Assembly: GCA_965243135.1 (NCBI GenBank)
Contig: OZ251539.1
Span: 1,472,001-1,536,000 of the forward strand
Direction: 5' to 3'
Length of the DNA: 64,000 bases
DNA from: Alphaproteobacteria bacterium
GTDB taxonomy: Bacteria > Pseudomonadota > Alphaproteobacteria > MPNO01 > UBA830
Shown here: positions 56,933 through 64,000 of the stretch, piece after piece
Numbering within the stretch: position 1 is the stretch's first letter
Layout: each line of letters begins with the position of its first letter
Program-made: the position numbers and the translations under genes
The notes under the pieces: generated by a model
What the model saw: only the letters and a program-made list of their open reading frames with translations
Database searches by the model: none
Told to the model about the DNA's origin: nothing

Positions 56933-58801
56933 CTAATCCTCTATGCGCGAACGGATTTCACGTTCAAGAGTGGAGACCTTGAAGGGCTGGCCGGAAATCT
57001 GGGTGACGCTTTCGGCGTCGACCAGATACTTGCCGCGCAGCACGTGAACCAGCTGCCCGTTGTTCATCTCCGGCACGACGATCCTGTCGAACCGCGACAG
57101 GAGTTCGTCGAGATTGGCGGGCAGCGGCCATATGTGGCGGATGTGGATATGCGAAGCGCTCAACCCGTCGGCTCGGCAACGCTGCACGGCCTGGTTGATG
57201 GCCCCGTAGGTCGAACCCCAGCCGACGACGGCGAGCTTGCCGCGGTCGTCGCCGCTCGCTACCTCCTGCGGCGGGATATCGTCGGCGATGCCGTCGATCT
57301 TGGCGGCGCGCACCTTGGTCATCTTGTGGTGGTTGGCCGAATCGTAGGAAATATGGCCGGTATCGTAGTCCTTTTCGATGCCGCCGATCCGGTGCATCAT
57401 TCCCGGCGTGCCCGGAATCGCCCAATTGCGCGCGAGAGTCTTCTCGTCGCGCAAATATGGATGAAAGCCCTCCGGATCGGCGCGGAACGAGACCTTGAAC
57501 TCGGGAATCCGGTCGATGTCGGGGATTTCCCAAGGTTCGGCGGCGTTCGCGAGATAGCCGTCGGTGAGAAGAATGACCGGCGTCATGTACTTGACGGCGA
57601 GCCGCACCGCCTCGATCGCTGTCTCGAAGCAATCTCCCGCGGTCGCGGAGGCGACGACGGGAAGCGGCGTGTCGGCATTGCGGCCGAAAACGGACTGGTT
57701 GAGATCGGATTGCTCCGTCTTGGTCGGGAGGCCTGTGGACGGGCCGCCGCGCTGGCTGTTGACCACCACGAGCGGCAGTTCCGCGACAAGGGCGAGGCCG
57801 ATCGCTTCGGTCTTGAGCGCCACGCCCGGCCCCGACGACGACGTGACGCCGATCGCTCCGGCGTAGGATGCGCCGATCGCCGAGCAAACGGCGGCGATCT
57901 CGTCCTCCGCCTGGAAGGTCGTGACCCCGTATTGCTTGAGGTTGGTAAGCGTATGCAGCAGCGCCGACGCCGGCGTGATCGGGTAGGAGCCGAGAAAGAG
58001 CTTGAGCCCGGCCTTGTGGGCGCCCGTGACCAGCCCCCAGGCGATCGCCTCCGTGCCGGTCACCGCACGGTAGGTGCCGGGCCGGACCTCGGCCCTGGGC
58101 ACCATGTAGGCTTCCGCTCCGGAAGGCAGTTCGACCGTCTCTCCATAGGCATGGCCGGCGTTGAGCGCAGCGATGTTGGCCGCCGCGATGTTGGGCGACT
58201 TGCCGAATCTGTGCTTCACCCAATCGACGGTTGGCTGCCGGTCGCGGTCGTATATCCAGCACATAAGGCCAAGCGCCCAGAAGTTCTTCGCGCGCGTCGC
58301 TTCCTTGGCCGACACGCCGCAATCGGCGACCGCGGCGTTGGTCAACTTGTTCATCTCGACCGCAATCACGGCGTAGTTGTCGAGGGTGCCGTCTTCCAGC
58401 GGATTCTCGCCGTACCCGGCACGCGCGACGTTGCGGGCCGTGAAGGCGTCCGTGTTGACGATGATCGTGCCGCCCTTGGGCACGTCCCTGAGATGCACCT
58501 TGAGCGCCGCCGGGTTCATGGCGACGAGGACGTCGGGTTCGTCGCCGGGAGTCTGGATATCGTAGGACGCGAAATTGATCTGAAACGCAGAGACGCCGAA
58601 GGTCGTTCCGGCCGGCGCCCGGATCTCCGCCGGAAAATCGGGAAAGGTCGCGAGATCGTTCCCCATCAACGCGGTCGACTGCGTAAACTGAGTGCCCGTC
58701 AGCTGCATTCCGTCGCCGGAATCGCCGGCGAAGCGGATGACGACCGAATCCAGCGCCTTGCGATCACTCTCCGGGGCGGCTTCCGCGATGTTTGTGGCCA
58801 T
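56933..58801 (-). CDS. korA: 2-oxoacid:ferredoxin oxidoreductase alpha (gamma-alpha) subunit
   Basis: FAGDSGDG, PAEIR, YPITPAS, QAEDEIAA, QRGGPSTGLPTK, EMNNGQL; start ATG 58801. Confidence 0.95.
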   Translation of the reverse strand: MATNIAEAAPESDRKALDSVVIRFAGDSGDGMQLTGTQFTQSTALMGNDLATFPDFPAEIRAPAGTTFGVSAFQINFASYDIQTPGDEPDVLVAMNPAALKVHLRDVPKGGTIIVNTDAFTARNVARAGYGENPLEDGTLDNYAVIAVEMNKLTNAAVADCGVSAKEATRAKNFWALGLMCWIYDRDRQPTVDWVKHRFGKSPNIAAANIAALNAGHAYGETVELPSGAEAYMVPRAEVRPGTYRAVTGTEAIAWGLVTGAHKAGLKLFLGSYPITPASALLHTLTNLKQYGVTTFQAEDEIAAVCSAIGASYAGAIGVTSSSGPGVALKTEAIGLALVAELPLVVVNSQRGGPSTGLPTKTEQSDLNQSVFGRNADTPLPVVASATAGDCFETAIEAVRLAVKYMTPVILLTDGYLANAAEPWEIPDIDRIPEFKVSFRADPEGFHPYLRDEKTLARNWAIPGTPGMMHRIGGIEKDYDTGHISYDSANHHKMTKVRAAKIDGIADDIPPQEVASGDDRGKLAVVGWGSTYGAINQAVQRCRADGLSASHIHIRHIWPLPANLDELLSRFDRIVVPEMNNGQLVHVLRGKYLVDAESVTQISGQPFKVSTLEREIRSRIED

Positions 58802-59501
58802 GTTTTTTCTGTCCGAATTCTGGTGAGCCGGGAGGCTAGGGAGGCGCGCCGCGCCCGTCAAGTTTCGCCCGGACCGAACCGAGCTGTCGCGAAACATATA
58901 ACACGGCGGGCGAATCTTGCGAAAAACCTGCATTTCCGCGGGAGGCTTGCGCCGATCGACCGTCGGGCAAAGGCCGGCTGCGGGAAGACCGCCAACATCC
59001 CGGTCGCTTTCTGCAGGCGGGCGGGTTCTTCGGCGGATCTTCGCGGCGACGGGGTCCGAACGTCGGTGCCTCCCTCCCTCGGCGCGGTGCGTTCGATCAG
59101 CGCCTTCAGCGACGCCGTTCGTGGCGGCGTCCGGCCTCGTCCCGCCGCGCCGTCCGCTCGGCTTCTGCGCGATATCGCTGGGCTTCCAACTGGGCCGCCT
59201 CGTGCCTGCGCTGCGCTTGGGCGCGATCCCGAGTGCGGTTGAAATAGAACATAAGCGAAAGGCCGGCAGCGATCGGTCCGCACTGAATGCAGCCGATCAG
59301 ATTCGACGTTTCGCCCTGGGCCAGACTTGCCTTATGGAGAGCGAGGGTCGCGTTCCGGAACGTTGCAGCTTCGAATTCCGTCATGGCGAGCGGCTTCTCG
59401 AACCTTTCGCAGGAGACGCGCATCTTAGCGGAAGCGACTCGCCGATGTCCATATTGCGGGGCGCGCGCCGGCTTTGTCGGTTGCCGACCGCTCCTCGCCG
59501 C

Positions 59502-59543
59502 TTGACTTGAGCGGAAAGGCCGCATTGTATGCATGCGAACGAT
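59502..59543 (+). promoter_or_regulatory. Putative promoter with overlapping palindromic operator for the Mo-hydroxylase operon
   Basis: TTGACT-N17-TTGTAT; imperfect palindrome ATTGTATGCATGCGAACGAT (59524-59543, 14/20 positions symmetric). Confidence 0.5.
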
Positions 59544-59558
59544 CTGGATCGGGCGGCA

Positions 59559-60419
59559 ATGTCATCCTACCTGAGACCCGAGAGTCTCGACGAGGCGTTG
59601 CGGGCGCTGGCCGACGGCGGCTACGCGATAATCGCCGGCGGGACCGACTTCTACCCGGCCAGGGTGGGCCGCGCGATTCGAGAAGACGTGCTGGACGTCA
59701 CCGCGATTCCGAACTTGCGGGGCATCGAGGATTGCGGAGATAGTTACCGCATCGGCGCGCTGACGACCTGGAGCGACGTGCTTCGCGCCGATTTGCCGGA
59801 CTGGTTCCGAGCGCTCCGGCTCGCGGCCCGTGAAGTCGGCGGAGTTCAGGTGCAGAATGCCGGAACGATCGTCGGCAACATATGCAACGCTTCGCCCGCC
59901 GCCGACGGCGCGCCGTGCCTGATGGCCATGGACGCGGCGGTCGAGCTTGCCTCGATCTCCGGCGAACGCGAGGTGCCGGTCGCCGGATTCGTTGCGGGCA
60001 ACCGGAAGACGGTTCGAAAGCCAGACGAAATGGTGATCGCCCTGCGCGTTCCGAAAGCCCGGCCTCGCGCTTCGAGCGTATTTCTGAAACTCGGCGCGCG
60101 CAGGTATCTGGTAATTTCGATCGTCATGGCGGCGGCCGTCCTGGAAACGGCTTCCGACGGCACCGTCGATCGGATGCGCATTGCAGTGGGCTCCTGTTCG
60201 GAGACCGCATGCCGGCTGCCGGATCTGGAGTCGGCTCTCGCGGGCCGGCCCGTCGACGCGGCGCTTGCCGACCGCGTCGCGACGGATTCGCTCGCGCCGC
60301 TGGCGCCGATCGACGACATGCGCGGCACCGCCGCGTACAGGATGGAGGCCGCGCTGACCATGGTGCGCCGCGCCGTCTCCGAGCTCGGAGGGCATGCATG
60401 CCAATCTCTTTCACGCTGA
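59559..60419 (+). CDS. Molybdenum hydroxylase FAD subunit (nicotinate dehydrogenase NdhF-like)
   Basis: AGGTD, VGGVQVQNAGTIVGNICNASPAAD, KLGARRYLVISI, PIDDMRGTAAYR. Confidence 0.92.
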   Translation: MSSYLRPESLDEALRALADGGYAIIAGGTDFYPARVGRAIREDVLDVTAIPNLRGIEDCGDSYRIGALTTWSDVLRADLPDWFRALRLAAREVGGVQVQNAGTIVGNICNASPAADGAPCLMAMDAAVELASISGEREVPVAGFVAGNRKTVRKPDEMVIALRVPKARPRASSVFLKLGARRYLVISIVMAAAVLETASDGTVDRMRIAVGSCSETACRLPDLESALAGRPVDAALADRVATDSLAPLAPIDDMRGTAAYRMEAALTMVRRAVSELGGHACQSLSR

Positions 60420-63148
60420 ACGGCGGCGCGGTTTCCGTCGAGTCCTCGCCGATCGTTCGGCTGGCCGAGGCGCTTCGCGGCGAACTGGGGCTGACCGGCA
60501 CGAAGGTGGGATGCGACGCGGGCGACTGCGGAGCCTGCACGGTGCTCGTCGACGGAGAGCAGTTCTGCTCCTGCATGGTTCCCGTCGCTCAGGTGGAGGG
60601 ACGCGAGGTCACCACCGTGGAAGGACTAGCGGCCAGGGACGGGCGCTTGTCGGCTATCCAGGAGGCGTTTCACCGCAACGGAGCGGCGCAGTGCGGCATT
60701 TGCACGCCCGGCATGCTGATGTCGGCGGCGGCGCTGCTCCGCAGCAATCCGCGGCCCGGAGAAGACGAGGTTCTCGACGCGATGGGCGGCGTGCTGTGCC
60801 GGTGCACGGGCTACCGCAAGATCGTCGACGCGGTGATGGACGCGGTCGCGCCGACGGATTCCGGGGGCGTCGAGCCCGAGGCGGGCGAGGCGATGGGCGC
60901 GCGCGCGCTCAAGACCGACGGAGTGCGCAAGGTCGACGGCAGCGAAATGTACGGCGCCGACCTGGCGCCGGAAGATGCGCTCTGGGTGCGAGTGGTGCGG
61001 TCGCCCCATGCCAGCGCGACCTTTTCGCTGGGTTCGCTGAAAGCTTTGCATGCCGCCCATCCCGGTCTCGTCAGGGTTCTTACCGCCGCCGACGTGCCCG
61101 GCAACAACGGCTTCGGCGTTTACCCGACGGTCAAGGACCAGCCTGCGTTCGCCGACGGCGAAGTGCGGTTTCGGGGGGAAGCGGTGGCGGCGTTGGTCGG
61201 AGACTACGCGACCGTCTTCGGCATTCGGGACGAGGAGGTGCCGATCGAGTACGCCGCGCGCGACCCGGTGCACGGCATCGACGCCGCCCTGGCCCCGGAC
61301 GCGCCTCGAATTCACGACGGCTATCCCGGCAACGTCTTCGCGCGCGGCCTGGTCCGAAAGGGCGACGCCGAGGCGGCTCTGGCGTCGGCCGACGTCGTCG
61401 TCGAGGACAGTTTCGAAACCGGTTTCGTCGAACACGCCTATATCGAGCCCGAGGCGGGATGGGCGCGTCGCGTCGGCGACCGTCTGGAGATAACCGTTAC
61501 GACCCAATCCCCGTACATGGATCGCGACGAGATGGCGCAGATCATCGGCATTCCGCCGGAGAGCGTGCGCATCGTTCCCACCGCCTGCGGCGGCGGTTTC
61601 GGCGGCAAGCTCGATCTCGGCGTGCAGATTCCGGTCGGCCTCGCGGCGTGGCTGCTCGACCGGCCGGTGCGCGGCGTCTGGAACCGCCCGGAATCGATGG
61701 CGGCGACGACCAAGCGCCACCCGTCGCGCATCACCGGACGCTACGGCTGCACGCGCGACGGCGACCTCGTCGCCTACCGGATGACCGGGGACTTCGACAC
61801 CGGCGCCTACGTCTCCTGGGGGATGACGGTGAAGGACCGGGTTCCGGTCCACGCGACGGGGCCTTATTTCGTGCCGCATGTCGACGCGAGGTCCCGCGCG
61901 GTCTTCACGAACGGCGCGCCCGCCGGGGCGTTCCGCGGCTTCGGCGTTCCGCAGGCGGCGATCGCCCACGAGGCGCTGATGGACGCGATGGCCGAAAAGA
62001 TCGGCATGGATCCTCTGGAGTTCAGGTTGCGCAACGCCATTCGAAAGGGCCAGCGTACCGCGACCGGGCAAGCGCTCGAACACAGCGCGGGGCTCGACCA
62101 GTGCCTCGAAGCCTTGCGCGATCGGTGGCGGTCGGCGCGAGCGGCCGCCGAGAAGTTCAACGCCGGAAGCGACGGCGTCCGGCGCCGGGGCGCGGGCGTC
62201 GGGTGCATGTGGTACGGCTGCGGCAATACCTCGATGAGCAATCCTTCGACCATGCAGATGGGAGTGGCGCCGGACGGAACGGTGACGCTCTACTCGGGCG
62301 CCCAGGACATCGGCCAGGGCACCAACACGACGATGGTGCAGGTGGCGGCCGACGCGCTCGGGATTCGCATGAGCGCGATACGGCTCGTCTGGGGAGACAC
62401 CGACCTGACCGCCGACGCGGGCAAGAGTTCGGCGTCCCGTCAGGCTTACGTGTCGGGCAAGGCGGCGATGCTCGCGGGCGAAAGCCTGAGGGCTCAGATC
62501 CTGCGGCTCGCCAACGTCGGCGAAGGCGCCTCGTTCGAATTCGAGTCCGGTTCGCTGATCGTTCGCGACGGCGACGCCGCGCGCGTCATCGATCTTTCCG
62601 CGATGCCCGCCGACAAGCCGCGCGGCAACGTGCTGTTCGGCGAGGCGACGTTCGACCCCCCGACCACGCCGCTCGACGAGATGGGGCAGGGGAGCCCCTA
62701 CGGCACGTACGCTTTCGGGGCGCAGGTGGCGGAGGTGGAGGTCGACACGGAACTCGGGACGGTCAAGGCGCTTCGCGCGTGGGCGGCCCACGACGTGGGC
62801 GCCGCCATCAACCCGATGCAGGTGGAGGGGCAAATCCACGGAGGAGTCGCCCAGGGGCTTGGCTTCGCCCTCATGGAGGAATACGTCCCCGGGCGCACCG
62901 AGAACCTGCACGATTACCTGATCCCGACGGTCGGGGACGTGCCTCCCATCGAGGTGTTGACGATCGAGGATCGCGAACCGACCGGGCCCTACGGGGCCAA
63001 GGGCATCGGGGAACCGGCGCTCATTCCCACGGCGCCGGCGATCTTCGGCGCGATCCGCCACGCGACGGGGGCGCGAATCAAACGCGCGCCTGCGACGCCC
63101 GACCGCGTCCGCTCCGCCATTCTGGCGGCCGGAGGGGAAAGGCCGTGA
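60398..63148 (+). CDS. Fused [2Fe-2S] + molybdopterin subunit, probable nicotinate dehydrogenase
   Basis: GCDAGDCGACT, QCGICTPG, LCRCTGY, then GGGFGGK, GAFRGFGVPQ, GQIHGG, GAKGIGE; followed by an hnr-like gene. Confidence 0.85.
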   Translation: MPISFTLNGGAVSVESSPIVRLAEALRGELGLTGTKVGCDAGDCGACTVLVDGEQFCSCMVPVAQVEGREVTTVEGLAARDGRLSAIQEAFHRNGAAQCGICTPGMLMSAAALLRSNPRPGEDEVLDAMGGVLCRCTGYRKIVDAVMDAVAPTDSGGVEPEAGEAMGARALKTDGVRKVDGSEMYGADLAPEDALWVRVVRSPHASATFSLGSLKALHAAHPGLVRVLTAADVPGNNGFGVYPTVKDQPAFADGEVRFRGEAVAALVGDYATVFGIRDEEVPIEYAARDPVHGIDAALAPDAPRIHDGYPGNVFARGLVRKGDAEAALASADVVVEDSFETGFVEHAYIEPEAGWARRVGDRLEITVTTQSPYMDRDEMAQIIGIPPESVRIVPTACGGGFGGKLDLGVQIPVGLAAWLLDRPVRGVWNRPESMAATTKRHPSRITGRYGCTRDGDLVAYRMTGDFDTGAYVSWGMTVKDRVPVHATGPYFVPHVDARSRAVFTNGAPAGAFRGFGVPQAAIAHEALMDAMAEKIGMDPLEFRLRNAIRKGQRTATGQALEHSAGLDQCLEALRDRWRSARAAAEKFNAGSDGVRRRGAGVGCMWYGCGNTSMSNPSTMQMGVAPDGTVTLYSGAQDIGQGTNTTMVQVAADALGIRMSAIRLVWGDTDLTADAGKSSASRQAYVSGKAAMLAGESLRAQILRLANVGEGASFEFESGSLIVRDGDAARVIDLSAMPADKPRGNVLFGEATFDPPTTPLDEMGQGSPYGTYAFGAQVAEVEVDTELGTVKALRAWAAHDVGAAINPMQVEGQIHGGVAQGLGFALMEEYVPGRTENLHDYLIPTVGDVPPIEVLTIEDREPTGPYGAKGIGEPALIPTAPAIFGAIRHATGARIKRAPATPDRVRSAILAAGGERP

Positions 63149-64000
63149 GCGCCGACGTCGTCACTTGCGACGCCTGCCCGGTGCTGTGCCGCATCCGCGA
63201 GGGCAAGACGGGCGCCTGCAGCCGCTACGGAAACGAGAACGGCGTTCTGACCCGCATGGATCCGCTCGTCGTGACCCAGCGGGTCGCGGACGAGAACGGC
63301 GAACTGGTGCCGTTTCTGCCGGCTTCGGAGGATCCGGACGGCGCGCTGAATTTCGAACGGCCGTCCTTCGTGACCGGCATCGGCGCGACCACGACCTATC
63401 CGGATTACAAGCCGGCGCCGTTCATCGTTTCCTCCGAGCACGCCGGCGTCGACATGGTGACCGTCGTATCCGAGGGAATCTTCAGCTATTGCGGGGTCAA
63501 GATCAAGATCGACACCGACCGCTACATCGGGCCCGAACCCGCTCCGGTGCGGGTGGACGGCGAGCAGATCGGCCACGTGACCACGGCCGAATACGGCTCG
63601 CAGATGCTGGCGCTCGGCGGGGTGCGGCACCTCACCGGCGGCAGCAAGAAGGAAGGCAACGTCACCTGTCAGGCCATGCTGGCGCTGTGCAACGGGCAAC
63701 CGGTCGAGATGACCGTGGACGACGGCGCCGCGCTGACGGTCGAGGCCGGCAAGCCGCCGGTCATAGACGGCGAGCGGGAGGAGCGCATGCGCGTGGGCTG
63801 CGGTTCGGCGACCATCGGGATCTTCGCCCTGCAGTGGCACGGCCACGTGGACGAGGTGATCGTGGTCGACGACCACATCACCGGCGTTCTGACCGAGCAT
63901 CAGTCGGGAAAATTTCTCGACATGCCGCCGACAGGCATTCGCGTGGCGGGCCGCCGGTCGACGCCGGGGCGGTATTTTCAGGTCGCCGAACCGGGCGGCG
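63145..64000 (+). CDS. 6-hydroxynicotinate reductase-like protein (proteobacterial type), runs off the window
   Basis: Manual translation from GTG 63145: MSADVVTCDACPVLCRIREGKTGACSRYGN...TTYPDYKPAPFIVS...GIFSYCGVKIKIDTDR...MRVGCGSATIG; absent from the ORF track because it is truncated. Confidence 0.8.
   Translation, partial: MSADVVTCDACPVLCRIREGKTGACSRYGNENGVLTRMDPLVVTQRVADENGELVPFLPASEDPDGALNFERPSFVTGIGATTTYPDYKPAPFIVSSEHAGVDMVTVVSEGIFSYCGVKIKIDTDRYIGPEPAPVRVDGEQIGHVTTAEYGSQMLALGGVRHLTGGSKKEGNVTCQAMLALCNGQPVEMTVDDGAALTVEAGKPPVIDGEREERMRVGCGSATIGIFALQWHGHVDEVIVVDDHITGVLTEHQSGKFLDMPPTGIRVAGRRSTPGRYFQVAEPGG

Noticed and set aside
59247-59262. GAAC-containing element as a LexA box
   Set aside because: The second half-site does not match at N7 spacing.

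Overview
GC-rich alphaproteobacterial chromosome segment. It looks Rhodospirillales-like, which I infer from the conserved block tRNA-Thr/murA/DUF2948/hisG/hisD/UPF0262/LMW-phosphatase/infA/maf/rng/yacG/tRNA-Phe. That core block is flanked by about 50 kb of accessory catabolic genes: TRAP and tripartite tricarboxylate transporters, hydantoinase/oxoprolinase with an orphan CoxL-like Mo subunit, an aromatic monooxygenase/FAH/cupin/thiolase cluster, glutaryl-CoA dehydrogenase, 2-oxoacid:ferredoxin oxidoreductase and the start of a nicotinate dehydrogenase/6-hydroxynicotinate reductase operon. A Fic + Rpn insert interrupts the catabolic region. Most notable: (1) an Stf3-like sulfotransferase directly upstream of a cytochrome P450 fused to a GOLPH3/Vps74 (GPP34) domain, a candidate membrane-targeted hydroxylation-sulfation system; (2) a PhnN-AMP/thymidine phosphorylase fusion directly behind nadC, a candidate one-protein NMP-to-PRPP route; (3) an Rpn gene with an apparent internal antitoxin start. 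All calls come from reading motifs by eye; no database searches were run. No CRISPR array, rRNA, integrase or IS transposase was seen.
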